64,000 nucleotides of DNA, from positions 601,984 to 665,983 of the forward strand of contig CAZXMM010000001.1 of the NCBI GenBank assembly GCA_964641255.1, written 5' to 3'. The DNA comes from an uncultured Gammaproteobacteria bacterium (GTDB lineage: Bacteria > Patescibacteriota > Microgenomatia > JAMCZE01). Below, in pieces: positions 1 to 9,455 of this stretch (position 1 is its first letter; the number at the start of each line of letters is the position of its first letter). The notes under the pieces are model-generated. The model had not been told where the DNA came from and ran no database searches. It worked only from the letters and a program-made list of their open reading frames with translations. A program made the translations under genes and the position numbers.

Positions 1-438
1 TTTTCCTTCCTTTAATAAAAAGTAAACATCCACATAATCTCGCCATTTACCCCGGAAACCAATGGTTGTAGCCTTGTTGCTGGCCAGATCACGTAAGTCT
101 AGTAAATCGATTGCTTCCATAGACACAACCGGAAACCGAGGTTTGGCTGTGTCGTAGAAAAAGGTTACTAACACTTTCTCCGGAGTGATTAGGTTGATTT
201 GCTCTGGGGTATTTAGCGTTTGGACCGACTTTTGACCAAAAACACTCCTAGCTCTTTGAAGAAGGGTGTATTGGAGGGGGTCGTTTAGAAATATATCAAA
301 GTCGTAGGACCTACGGTGATTGATTTGCAGGGCAATAGCAGTTCCACCACCGAGGCTACCAATATCTCGAAAAGCTCTCAGTTTCTGAAAAACCGCCTGA
401 CGGTTATTGTCCAATATATCTTCGAAGGGTGCGAACAT
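1..438 (-). CDS. Partial CDS running off the window edge: AbiEii/AbiGii-family nucleotidyltransferase (DUF1814-like), N-terminal ~146 aa
   Basis: Minus-strand translation from ATG at 438: MFAPFEDILDNNRQAVFQKLRAFRDIGSLGGGTAIALQINHRRSYDFDIF... The GGGTA-x-L...HRxSxDxDxF pattern matches the nucleotidyltransferase core of AbiEii toxins. Absent from the ORF track because it has no stop inside the window. Confidence 0.45.
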   Translation of the reverse strand, partial: MFAPFEDILDNNRQAVFQKLRAFRDIGSLGGGTAIALQINHRRSYDFDIFLNDPLQYTLLQRARSVFGQKSVQTLNTPEQINLITPEKVLVTFFYDTAKPRFPVVSMEAIDLLDLRDLASNKATTIGFRGKWRDYVDVYFLLKEGK

Positions 439-703
439 AGTTTGTGGGATTAATGTTGACGTCTGCCAACTTTAAAAAATAATTCTTAATAAAGTTAAAC
501 GAGGCGGGAACGTAGTCTTTGGCCGGGGAGTTTATAAAAACTTTTTGGAGCTCTGCTAGCGAGTAGGTTTTTCTTAGCCAATGTAAGTGTTCGCGGGTAC
601 CATATGCCAGCACTTGATGAATGATGTAGGGCTTGTCCTTGTGCAGATCAAGCTTGTCAACATTAACGCTCCAAAGAATAGGTTGGAGACTGTCCGGAAT
701 CAT
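404..703 (-). CDS. Hypothetical protein, 99 aa, overlapping the start of the AbiEii-like gene by 35 nt. It may be its upstream partner (antitoxin-like position).
   Basis: ORF track. Position immediately upstream of and overlapping the NTase gene. No recognisable motif. Confidence 0.3.
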   Translation of the reverse strand: MIPDSLQPILWSVNVDKLDLHKDKPYIIHQVLAYGTREHLHWLRKTYSLAELQKVFINSPAKDYVPASFNFIKNYFLKLADVNINPTNYVRTLRRYIGQ

Positions 704-738
704 GGGTAAATTATAACATTTCGTGTATCATAACATCT

Positions 739-2319
739 ATGGTTTGGCATAAGACCCTGCGCACACTAATTTTGGTAGTGCTGGTTGTTCTTTTTTTCGC
801 TCTACAGCTCTTTTTTGTGCTCAAAAAGAGCCAGACGCTGAGTTTTAGTGATGAAAGCGAACATTTGACCCAAGGAGCAGCCGTGCTTAATAGTCAGCGG
901 CGGCTGTACGTTGATCTCTCTACCAATCATCAACCACTACCTATTTTGGCTGCCATTCCAATTATTAGCCTGTCTCCGCCAGCCAATCTGTTCATGACGA
1001 TTGAGCGCACGAGACAACTAATGTGGCTTTTTTCCTTGATTGGCGCAGTAGCCCTTACCCTGCGATTTAAGTGGACGGGACTACTAGCAACAATTCTTTT
1101 GGAAACGAGTAAGTTTTATCTTTTGGGTTTTTACATTTTGGCCGAGTCTCTAGTTCTTTATCCCTTAATGTACCTGATGGGGATCTTACTGGAGTTGAGC
1201 TTGAAAAAAACTAAAACAACCACGTCATTCATTAGCGATTTGGCCTGGGGACTTGCCACCTTTATAGTAGCCTTTAGCTTATTACCGGCCTGGCCGTTTC
1301 TAGTCGCTGCCACCATCTGTTATTGTTACCTTACTAGATCGTGGCGCTCTTTAGTTATTACCGCTCTAAGCTTTTTTATACTAACTGGGCTGCTGTTTTC
1401 CTTGGTGTCTCCACTGGGCTGGTTGCAAGAAACTATTCTAAACAATTTCCACTATTTTTTACCTTACGAGACAACAATGACTGTAAGTTCTCTGACCGCT
1501 CTCGTCCTTTACCCTTTGCTTCATGTTGTTACCCCCGGTTCACTAGTCTCACAACTATATATAGTGCTAGTTGTTGTAAGCGCCGTCAGCCTAGTACTAC
1601 TTTACAAGAACACGACAAACAAACACAGTTTACTAGCCCTGGTTGGCGTGGGTTACGCTTTATTAATCCTTATCAACCCGAGGGTCACTGCGACCAATAT
1701 CGCCTTTTTTACCGCCTTTCATGCCCTACCGCAGCTAGCTGTGTTGTGTCTCCTAACGGTGGGACTCAGTTGGGAAGCTTTAGAAAGAGTTCACCGCACC
1801 CATTACTTTCGGACAGTAGCGGTTTTCTACTTTTTGGCTCTGGCCCTGTTTCTATTTAGCGCCACTCACTGGTGGCGGGAGAGCCTTAAGACTGACAAAC
1901 AAAATGATCATTTTATTGCCTACGGTCAAGAAGCATCAGCGGCCTTAGTGCTTACCACTCTCAAAAATTCTTCGGATACCTTGCTCGCGGGTCCGCAAAG
2001 TTTTTTGAATTTGGCTTCAGGGATTGCCCTGGCCAGTCGGCAAACCGCTTTTTTACCTTGGGCTCACCGCTCTGCCGCCTTACGACAAGAGTTTTTGGAG
2101 GTATTAACTTTAACCCCTCCCAGCTTTATCGCTTTTTCCGACCCCGGAAGTCCCTATTACCCTGACTTATTACCCCATTTGACCCAAAATTATGTGCAGT
2201 TTTATCGCAGTTTTGGGGGTTCGACTGGCCTTTACATTCGAAGGGACAGATTAACAAGTATTACTCCTGAGCAAAAAGCCCGGCTAGATTACTTACTTTA
2301 TACTCTTAGTGGCAATTGA
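739..2319 (+). CDS. Polytopic membrane protein, possible GT-C fold glycosyltransferase (ArnT/PMT-like)
   Basis: 526 aa with more than 10 hydrophobic segments. A DE motif (SFSDESEH) sits in the first loop after TM1, as in GT-C glycosyltransferases. Confidence 0.35.
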   Translation: MVWHKTLRTLILVVLVVLFFALQLFFVLKKSQTLSFSDESEHLTQGAAVLNSQRRLYVDLSTNHQPLPILAAIPIISLSPPANLFMTIERTRQLMWLFSLIGAVALTLRFKWTGLLATILLETSKFYLLGFYILAESLVLYPLMYLMGILLELSLKKTKTTTSFISDLAWGLATFIVAFSLLPAWPFLVAATICYCYLTRSWRSLVITALSFFILTGLLFSLVSPLGWLQETILNNFHYFLPYETTMTVSSLTALVLYPLLHVVTPGSLVSQLYIVLVVVSAVSLVLLYKNTTNKHSLLALVGVGYALLILINPRVTATNIAFFTAFHALPQLAVLCLLTVGLSWEALERVHRTHYFRTVAVFYFLALALFLFSATHWWRESLKTDKQNDHFIAYGQEASAALVLTTLKNSSDTLLAGPQSFLNLASGIALASRQTAFLPWAHRSAALRQEFLEVLTLTPPSFIAFSDPGSPYYPDLLPHLTQNYVQFYRSFGGSTGLYIRRDRLTSITPEQKARLDYLLYTLSGN

Positions 2320-2346
2320 GGCGTCTTGGGAAGTATAATGGGCTAG

Positions 2347-2787
2347 ATGGAGACCTCATTAGTACTTATTGGCGCAGGAATCAGCCTAGCAGTTTTGGAG
2401 CTGGCTTTAGGAGGGGCTAGTGGTTTTGATTTACTGCTGGTAGGACTTGCTCTGGCTCTTGGGGGGTTGGTAGGTCAAATTACCGGTAACGAGCAATTGG
2501 GCCTTCTCATCGCTACTCTTCTTACCCTCCTGTACTTTTTTCTACTGCGAAAAATTGTTCGAGAGCGACTAAATGTAACTAAAGAGGTCAGCAATATTGA
2601 CTTAGTTCTGGATAAGCGGGGAATAGTGACAAAAGAAATTGGCCCAGACACTGCTGGGCAGGTAAAAGTGGGGGCTGAAGTTTGGCGCGCCGAGAGTAAA
2701 AGTAGAATTGACACCTTAAAAAAAGGTGAGACAATCAAAGTGGTCAGCGTTTCCGGGGTAACTTTAATTGTCGAGAAAACCAAATAG
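2347..2787 (+). CDS. NfeD-like membrane protein (C-terminal OB-fold), partner of the SPFH protein
   Basis: N-terminal TM helices plus a C-terminal GQVKVGAEVWRAESK...GETIKVVSVSGVTLIVEK beta-barrel motif. It abuts the SPFH gene, the classic nfeD-stomatin operon. Confidence 0.7.
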   Translation: METSLVLIGAGISLAVLELALGGASGFDLLLVGLALALGGLVGQITGNEQLGLLIATLLTLLYFFLLRKIVRERLNVTKEVSNIDLVLDKRGIVTKEIGPDTAGQVKVGAEVWRAESKSRIDTLKKGETIKVVSVSGVTLIVEKTK

Positions 2788-2789
2788 CT

Positions 2790-3638
2790 ATGACACTGGA
2801 TACTTTAATTCTCATCGTTACCGTTATTATTGGTTCCATTGTCCTACTGCGCTCGGTACGGATTGTCAATCAGTACGAAAAAGGGGTAATTTTGCGACTG
2901 GGGCGCTACCGTTCCACTGTCGACTCTGGCGTCTCCCTAGTCCTTCCATTTATTGAGAGCATCATCATGGTCGATATGCGGGAAAAGGTTATTATGGTCG
3001 AGCCGCAGCAGGTAATTACTAAAGATAACGTGACTGTGATGGTCGATGCGGTAATCTATGTTAAGGTGGTCGATCCCGTTAAGGCCGAGTTTGAAGTTCA
3101 GGATTTTGGTCTAGCGGCCACCACTCTAGCTCAAACTAATTTGCGCAATTTAATTGGGGATAAGACACTGGATGAGACTTTAATTGCTAGAGACTCAATT
3201 AACGCTAATCTGCGTGACGTTTTGGACGAGGCTACTCACGGTTGGGGTGTCAAGGTGACCAGAGTCGAGGTCCAGCGCATTGATCCGCCAGCTGATATTA
3301 CTGAGGCAATGAGTGGCCAAATGAAAGCCGAGCGGGAAAAACGGGCTTTAATTTTGGAAGCCGAAGGTATTCGTCAAAGTGAAATCAATAAAGCCGAGGG
3401 TGAGGCCCAAGCAAGGATTTTGCGGGCCGACTCTGAAGCTAAAGCGATTCAAAAAGTGGCTGAAGCCGCCGAGAAATATTTCACTGAGCGCCCCCAAATC
3501 CTCAAAAAACTTGAAGTGGCCTCCACAGTGTTAGCGGACAACACTAAGTGGGTCCTTCCCGCCGATTCTGACCTCGTTAATATTCTCAATTTAAGTGAGG
3601 AAAAAATTGTCCCCATCGAGAGGAACAAGAAAACTTAA
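2790..3638 (+). CDS. SPFH/band-7 (stomatin/prohibitin-like) protein
   Basis: N-terminal TM, VRIVNQYEKGVILRLGRY... SPFH core, and a coiled-coil E/A/K-rich C-terminus. Confidence 0.85.
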   Translation: MTLDTLILIVTVIIGSIVLLRSVRIVNQYEKGVILRLGRYRSTVDSGVSLVLPFIESIIMVDMREKVIMVEPQQVITKDNVTVMVDAVIYVKVVDPVKAEFEVQDFGLAATTLAQTNLRNLIGDKTLDETLIARDSINANLRDVLDEATHGWGVKVTRVEVQRIDPPADITEAMSGQMKAEREKRALILEAEGIRQSEINKAEGEAQARILRADSEAKAIQKVAEAAEKYFTERPQILKKLEVASTVLADNTKWVLPADSDLVNILNLSEEKIVPIERNKKT

Positions 3639-4282
3639 AGTCGGCTGCCACCAAAGATCAGGTTTGACTCCTTACCGTTTACTCCAATTCCCACATGAGA
3701 CCAATCAGAGGAGAGCTGGTTATCATCGTGTGGTTTATCGCCCGCAAACACCCATTCAATCAAATGAACTCCCGTCATCCGGTAGCCATAGGCGGAGTTT
3801 TCTCCCAACTTGGTAAATCCCAGCTTGGTAAAATTATCTTCGTTTTGTAAAAAGGTGTTAAAGCCGGCGTGACCGTCCAAACTACCCAGGATAGTAAAGT
3901 ATTTGGCACGCTCAAGAGCATAAGCAGCCAAATTATCACTCCAGGCTAAGGGCAGTCTCCCCTTGGCTGCCCGGTAACTATTTAGGGCACTAAAAATCTC
4001 CTGGGGAGTAGCCATGTGCTCATCCGGCTCCAATTTTATTGTCCAGGTGTGTTCGTCGAGTTGTTTCGCCACCCCCCAAGGGCCAGGGTCAGTGGCTAAC
4101 AGCCTTGGCATAGCCGCCTTGGTGGCTACTGGGGCCTCGTTAACTACCATAAAACTAGCGGTATTTAGGGTGGGGGCTGGGGTCGGGGGTAAAAAATTCT
4201 GGTGCCAAAAATTACTGAGGAGTAAAAAGGCGCTAAGTAAGAGGGCCGCGATACTATTTAGTAGCTCATTAACTAAGGACAT
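3635..4282 (-). CDS. Secreted CAP/SCP/PR1-like domain protein
   Basis: N-terminal TM/signal. GHAGFNTF...GENSAYGY...HLIEWVF...SDWSHVGIGV resemble CAP-domain motifs. Confidence 0.45.
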   Translation of the reverse strand: MSLVNELLNSIAALLLSAFLLLSNFWHQNFLPPTPAPTLNTASFMVVNEAPVATKAAMPRLLATDPGPWGVAKQLDEHTWTIKLEPDEHMATPQEIFSALNSYRAAKGRLPLAWSDNLAAYALERAKYFTILGSLDGHAGFNTFLQNEDNFTKLGFTKLGENSAYGYRMTGVHLIEWVFAGDKPHDDNQLSSDWSHVGIGVNGKESNLIFGGSRL

Positions 4283-4397
4283 AGCTCATTAAATTATAGC
4301 GGATAAAAGGAATAGGCAGTTTTGCAATTAGAAATAGGCTGTAGCGGCAGGTTACAAGAGGGCGGGACAGTACCACAAAAAATAGTTGACTAAAATA

Positions 4398-4982
4398 TTA
4401 AGTGCAGTTTTTACTGTCAAACACAGTAAAATCGTGGAGATCCTTGTCCCTTACGGTATGACCATCCTTATGAAATGCCTTTTTTAGTGCAATAGCTAAT
4501 TCGGGTCGCATGACGTGGACAAGATGTCCCCCCCACTTAACCAAAGTAAATTCTTCATCCCAGGTTTTCTCCCAATTATCTTTCTGTCCGGTTTCGCTAC
4601 TGTACAACGTTTTATCACTATTAACACCAATTGAATAAAAGTCCGCTGAGAAGCAGTCTAGGGGATCCTTGCCATCAAAGGTGGAGTCTGGTGAGTGAGC
4701 AATAAAAGCTTTACTGGGGTCTTTTATCTCCTCATTGGTGCCAAGGATGTAGCCTTTCTTTAGAAACCAGTCTTGCCAAAAGGGAATATCTTCTTGTAAG
4801 GGAGCAATGTCAAGGTCGTCGTGATTTCTGGTCAAAAGCTCGTCTCCCCGCTGGGCAGCTGCTGCTAGTTCTAGGGCCAAGCCGCCAACCACAGCCACTT
4901 TTTTACCGGCCTGTTGGGCGGACAGTAAAATCTCTTCGAGTAAGTCTAAAATCCTTAAGGTCTTTTGGTTGGGAGTAAACAT
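4398..4982 (-). CDS. Nucleotidyltransferase-fold protein, Lnu/ANT(2'')-like
   Basis: VAVVGGLALELAA...RNHDDLDIAP resembles the GG...D.D active-site region of lincosamide/aminoglycoside nucleotidyltransferases. Confidence 0.45.
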   Translation of the reverse strand: MFTPNQKTLRILDLLEEILLSAQQAGKKVAVVGGLALELAAAAQRGDELLTRNHDDLDIAPLQEDIPFWQDWFLKKGYILGTNEEIKDPSKAFIAHSPDSTFDGKDPLDCFSADFYSIGVNSDKTLYSSETGQKDNWEKTWDEEFTLVKWGGHLVHVMRPELAIALKKAFHKDGHTVRDKDLHDFTVFDSKNCT

Positions 4983-5060
4983 GCCTTATCTTATCAAAAG
5001 TCCAAATCAGGGCTGAGGATTATTGTTATAGAAGCTCTGCTTGTGCCTAATTTTTACTAG

Positions 5061-5131
5061 CTGCGGGACATGGATTCGAACCATGATAGAAGGCTCCAAA
5101 AACCTTCGTCCTACCGTTAGACGATCCCGCA
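5061..5131 (-). tRNA. tRNA-Gln (anticodon UUG)
   Basis: Reverse complement folds as TGCGGGA-TC-GTCT-AACGGTA-GGAC-G-AAGGT-TTTTGGA-GCCTT-CTAT-CATGG-TTCGAAT-CCATG-TCCCGCA-G. U1:A72 and G73 are typical of bacterial tRNA-Gln. CCA is not encoded. Confidence 0.8.
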
Positions 5132-5944
5132 TTGTGAACATATTCCCTTGACCCAACCCACCACCTGTCTATTTAGAGTACTACTAGCCGCCACTTTTAT
5201 CCTTAATAAGCCATTATATGTGTTTTCGCGGTTTTTTCTATTAGAATTAATATTTCCGTGCTTATAGTAGACTCTCGAGATTGTTGAAAGTGGCCTATTA
5301 ATAGCCTTTGACCAGTAAGCCCGGACAGCATTTACTCGATATGCGTGGGTGTCGTGTAAATAGATTTCGAATTTTATACGATCGGTTTCTACGTGAACAC
5401 ACTCAACTAGCCAGCGCAGAAAGAGCGCAAGCATTTTGGGATCTGAGTTTGTAAATATCATCCCCCGACCTGGTAGATAAGCCTTGTCCTTTGAACCCTC
5501 AGCCCAATAAAGAATAACTCCAATAAGCCATAGGTCACTATTATTTAGTGGCCGCACCTCTGTTGCGGCTTTGTCGATAATGGATTTTACCAGGTCTATT
5601 CGATGTTGCTTTTTTACCTGTGCCCCCTTTATAGCGGACGCTACTTGTAACTGTGCGAGTCTATGCTTGTGCGCTGGAGATAATTTAACCGAACGTAACC
5701 ATAAAGAGAGAGAAGCCTTAGATGCCTTAACCTCCCTGCTAATTTCTGAGTAAGATAAGCCCAGTGATCGCAGTCCGATGGCTTTCTGTTTTTCTTTTAC
5801 CTTAGAATTCATGTGAACATTGGTAAGTATTCCTACGATATAAGGTAGCGGTTCGAGTGTCAATGAACTAATAACATACTTTGATTTTGACTTTTTTATA
5901 TTTGTTCTGGGCAACAAAAAGTGTGGGCCAAGTCCATTTTTCAA
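5117..5944 (-). CDS. HTH domain protein with LAGLIDADG-like (homing-endonuclease-like) region. Its 3' end overlaps tRNA-Gln.
   Basis: N-terminal HTH (GLRSLGLSYSEISREVKASKASLSLWL). LWLIGVILYWAEGSK...MIFTNSDPKMLALFLRWL resembles a LAGLIDADG block plus its following helix. Confidence 0.35.
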   Translation of the reverse strand: MKNGLGPHFLLPRTNIKKSKSKYVISSLTLEPLPYIVGILTNVHMNSKVKEKQKAIGLRSLGLSYSEISREVKASKASLSLWLRSVKLSPAHKHRLAQLQVASAIKGAQVKKQHRIDLVKSIIDKAATEVRPLNNSDLWLIGVILYWAEGSKDKAYLPGRGMIFTNSDPKMLALFLRWLVECVHVETDRIKFEIYLHDTHAYRVNAVRAYWSKAINRPLSTISRVYYKHGNINSNRKNRENTYNGLLRIKVAASSTLNRQVVGWVKGICSQCGIV

Positions 5945-5991
5945 TATTCAGTCTTTGCGAAAACTGCAAATAGGTCTAGAATAATATCAGT

Positions 5992-6879
5992 ATGAAAAAA
6001 ATTACTAAAGCCGTGATTCCCGCCGCCGGCTTTGGCACCCGGTTTCTCCCTCAAACCAAGGCAATTCCCAAGGAAATGATGCCCATTATTGATAAGCCCG
6101 TCATTCAATATATTGTTGAGGAGCTAGTAGAGCAGGGGATTGAGACAATCATAATTGTTACTGGTTTTTACAAACGCGCTATTGAGGATCACTTTGATAA
6201 CGTTTTTGAATTAGAGCAAAAACTGCATGAGGCCGGCAAGCACGCTGAGCTGGAAAAGGTGCGCAAAATTGCTGATTTAGCCGAGTTCATTTACATTCGT
6301 CAAAAAGGGCTTACAGGTAACGCCACTCCGATCCTTAATGCCAAATCAGTAATTGGGGACGATCCCTTTATCTGGGCCTGGGGAGACGAACTTTTGGAGG
6401 CCAATCCTCCGCGAATTAAGCAGCTCCTCGACGCCTACGAAACTTTTGGTGCAACTATTGTGGGTGGCATTATGACTAGCGATGACGCGGCTTTTAAAAA
6501 ATATGGTTACGCCTCAGGCAAGCAGATTGACCCCAATTCCTACCGCTTGGATAAAATCATCGAAAAGCCCGGCAAGGAACTCGCTCCTTCTAACTTAGCC
6601 ATGATGGGTGGGGGAATTTACACCTCTGATATTTTCGCCGCCCTGGAAGAAAGCGCCCATTTAGTTCCACCAGGCGAGGAGTTTGTCTACACCTACGGAG
6701 TACAAAAACTGCTTGAGAAGGGCATTCCGGTTTATGCCCGGGTTATTAGTGACGCCACCCACTACGACTGTGGTAACAAACTGGAGTACTTAAAAACTGT
6801 AGTTGAGTTTGCCCTTAAAAGAGAGGATTTAGGCCAGGATTTTAAGAGTTACCTTAAAAGATACTTAAACACTCTTTAG
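5992..6879 (+). CDS. galU: UTP--glucose-1-phosphate uridylyltransferase
   Basis: KAVIPAAGFGTRFLPQTKAIPKEMMPIIDKPVIQYIVEE is the canonical GalU N-terminal signature. 295 aa. Confidence 0.85.
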   Translation: MKKITKAVIPAAGFGTRFLPQTKAIPKEMMPIIDKPVIQYIVEELVEQGIETIIIVTGFYKRAIEDHFDNVFELEQKLHEAGKHAELEKVRKIADLAEFIYIRQKGLTGNATPILNAKSVIGDDPFIWAWGDELLEANPPRIKQLLDAYETFGATIVGGIMTSDDAAFKKYGYASGKQIDPNSYRLDKIIEKPGKELAPSNLAMMGGGIYTSDIFAALEESAHLVPPGEEFVYTYGVQKLLEKGIPVYARVISDATHYDCGNKLEYLKTVVEFALKREDLGQDFKSYLKRYLNTL

Positions 6880-6888
6880 TAGAAATCC

Positions 6889-9354
6889 ATGAATAAGCGC
6901 GTTGGGTTTGGACTCTTAGCCATAATTTTATTAATAGGTTCAATCTTTGTTTTAGGACTGACGCTATTTGTTTTAGGTAAAGACGTCCGACTGTTTAATA
7001 AAGCGGCCAGCAACCAGACTAGCTCTACTGTTAATAAAAGAGTCCAACTCCTCATTATTAATCCCTATTGGCCCGACCAGGGAAAAAAACTTATTGATTA
7101 TTACCGTAGCATTGGTTGGAAGTTCTATGATCCAGTGGATTTAACAAATGGCATTATCTCACGACTTCGGACAGTCAGCGGTGATTATGTAAATTATTCT
7201 ATAGCCGAAGTTAAGGAAATTGATATACCCAGAGCCCGAGACGGACACACTTATCATCCCTCTGAAGTAGCAAATTGTCTCCGAGATAGTGCATACTGCT
7301 ATACTGGAGCAGATAATCGCACCGATTATGCTCAGATATTAATTGACAATCAGTCTTGCGAGAAAAGAAACTTAGGAGAGATAGATGAAGTTTGGATCTG
7401 GGACGATGGAGCTGGGGCACCGCACGGGTTAGAATGGCTAATAGTCGGACGTGGCGCTTGGAGTGAAAACAATCCTGGTATTCATTTTAATGACAGGATT
7501 TCCTGTACTCGACCTTTACCCATCATGAATTTTAATTATCGAGTACCGATTGCTAGCGCTTTCCACTCGTTTGGCCACAGAGTAGAACTAGCTCTTTCAA
7601 GTGTATTCGGTTATGAGTTACTTGACGGCTATTGGGGGCCATATTTTGGAATATTTTCAACTCAGGAGGGGCTAAACCTATTTTCTGACTTTGGGATAAT
7701 TGATAAGTCTCTTTCCACTAGGGCCCGTTGTGGAAATGTGCATTTCCCACCGAACGCCAATTTCGACTCTGACTACGGTAATTACACTACTGTACAATCA
7801 GCCTGTAATAGTTTTTGTAATTTCCAAAATTTAGCTAATCCTTTATTTGAATCTGTTAACCAAAGTACATGGCTCGGTGAATTTAATTCCAATCTTTTAT
7901 CTACCTCTGAACTGGGTTATCAGACCTGGTGGCTACAGCATCTCCCAAAAGCCGCGGGAAAAACCAATGGTATCTTGAATAATTGGTGGAAATATGTTGT
8001 TGACTACGAAAATGCTCTTAATGATCCTGGTTTGGAAGGAGCTCCTAACGCCTACAATAGCTGTGTTGCCCCAATTACCCACGCTTGCGGCGATTTTGTC
8101 TGTTCTAGCGATGAATCCTGTTCTAGTTGTCCAAATGATTGTGGAGCTTGCTCGAATTCACCCTCCGGCCAGGAATCTACTAGCTCATTTAGCTCGCTAT
8201 CAGAATGCAAAATTGACATTTGGAGTCCCAACCGAGAAGCGAGAGTGGGCGATTATGTCCGCTATAAAATTAACTCTTACAAAGAGGGTGGTACCTTGGT
8301 AAATTATTCCACCAATGGCTCGTGTAATACAGCCACAGCCGGACCAGGTGACGATGTTGATGGTATTCCCCTCTGTTTTCGGACGATGGATCGGCAGGCT
8401 AGTTGCGGGGGCCACGCCCAGGTCACCAGCTCCGGCACGTGTTATATTCAAGCCTATTTTTCCAATGGTGAGCGCTGCCAGGCAGATATTGCCGTTCGAC
8501 CTGACAAGCTGCAAGTTAAAGTAGTCAAAAGTTCCGGGGGCAAATATACCCGTCCTTTTACTATTAGAGAGTTTTACTCTGCCGATTGCCCCAGTGGTTG
8601 TAATCAGAGCTGCTCTAATCCGGTGTGCCAAAATCGCAACGTGTTGTACGATCCTAATGGTTGCGGAGGAGTAGGTTGTGCCCAGTTTCCCGACTACACC
8701 CCGCAAGTTGGTTACCAGATCGGACCGTGTCGCAATTGTTCTGATTCTAGCAGTGTTAACTTACCGGCTAATCAAGTAGTAGCTAGTACAACTTGCGGCG
8801 AGTCGGATCGGCTGTGGACGCCCACTAGAGGAGGTGACAGTTGTACGATTACGATCGACGATGGGACAGGAACGTCGGTGCGGGGGTTTGTCTTCAAAGA
8901 CACTAACGGTAACGCGGTCTTCAATAACGAAGGCTTGTTAGGTAATATCAATATTGTTCTTTTTAAAGTGACCAGAGCTGGTTCAGACCGTGTCAGCCAA
9001 ACCGAATCGAGTAAAACTGGCAGCAGTAGTAATTTTCAATTTGGGGTGTCAGCTGAAGGCAATTATCAACTTAATCGGCCCAAATTACCGAGCGGTCGAA
9101 CTTTTATAAATTGTGGGGCCGTAATTCCTCCCAATCGGGGAAAAATTCCCAAAGACAACCACTATTTTTACTGCCAGGGTTTAAATGACAAGGGCAATAA
9201 ATACAAGCTGTTTATTAAAAAATGGACCCCAAGCGGAGAGCAGGCCTTTGTAGACGCGGGCAATAGTTTTAAGGTCCAGCGTGGTAAAACTGCCTACATT
9301 GACATTCCCACAGTTGAACTTAGTTCAGAATTAGGCCAACTAGAGTACGAGTAG
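6889..9354 (+). CDS. Large secreted/anchored Cys-rich protein (821 aa), function unknown
   Basis: N-terminal TM (LLAIILLIGSIFVLGLTLFVL). Dense Cys clusters (CGDFVCSSDESCSSCPNDCGAC; CPSGCNQSCSNPVCQNRNV). No catalytic motif recognised. Confidence 0.4.
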   Translation: MNKRVGFGLLAIILLIGSIFVLGLTLFVLGKDVRLFNKAASNQTSSTVNKRVQLLIINPYWPDQGKKLIDYYRSIGWKFYDPVDLTNGIISRLRTVSGDYVNYSIAEVKEIDIPRARDGHTYHPSEVANCLRDSAYCYTGADNRTDYAQILIDNQSCEKRNLGEIDEVWIWDDGAGAPHGLEWLIVGRGAWSENNPGIHFNDRISCTRPLPIMNFNYRVPIASAFHSFGHRVELALSSVFGYELLDGYWGPYFGIFSTQEGLNLFSDFGIIDKSLSTRARCGNVHFPPNANFDSDYGNYTTVQSACNSFCNFQNLANPLFESVNQSTWLGEFNSNLLSTSELGYQTWWLQHLPKAAGKTNGILNNWWKYVVDYENALNDPGLEGAPNAYNSCVAPITHACGDFVCSSDESCSSCPNDCGACSNSPSGQESTSSFSSLSECKIDIWSPNREARVGDYVRYKINSYKEGGTLVNYSTNGSCNTATAGPGDDVDGIPLCFRTMDRQASCGGHAQVTSSGTCYIQAYFSNGERCQADIAVRPDKLQVKVVKSSGGKYTRPFTIREFYSADCPSGCNQSCSNPVCQNRNVLYDPNGCGGVGCAQFPDYTPQVGYQIGPCRNCSDSSSVNLPANQVVASTTCGESDRLWTPTRGGDSCTITIDDGTGTSVRGFVFKDTNGNAVFNNEGLLGNINIVLFKVTRAGSDRVSQTESSKTGSSSNFQFGVSAEGNYQLNRPKLPSGRTFINCGAVIPPNRGKIPKDNHYFYCQGLNDKGNKYKLFIKKWTPSGEQAFVDAGNSFKVQRGKTAYIDIPTVELSSELGQLEYE

Positions 9355-9364
9355 TGTTTGAGTC

Positions 9365-9438
9365 TGGTGGGCGATAAGGGAATCGAACCCCTGTGGCTGC
9401 GATGTAAACGCAGTGCTCTACCATTGAGCTAATCGCCC
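9365..9438 (-). tRNA. tRNA-Val (anticodon UAC), CCA encoded
   Basis: Reverse complement GGGCGAT-TA-GCTC-AATGGTA-GAGC-A-CTGCG-TTTACAT-CGCAG-CCAC-AGGGG-TTCGATT-CCCTT-ATCGCCC-A-CCA. Confidence 0.85.
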
Positions 9439-9455
9439 CAAGGTTTTTAATTCAG

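Noticed and set aside
1341-1859. 172-aa plus-strand ORF nested inside the 526-aa membrane protein gene
   Set aside because: It is an alternative frame of a longer, better-supported hydrophobic ORF, and Ser/Pro/Cys-rich low-complexity translation is typical of spurious frames.
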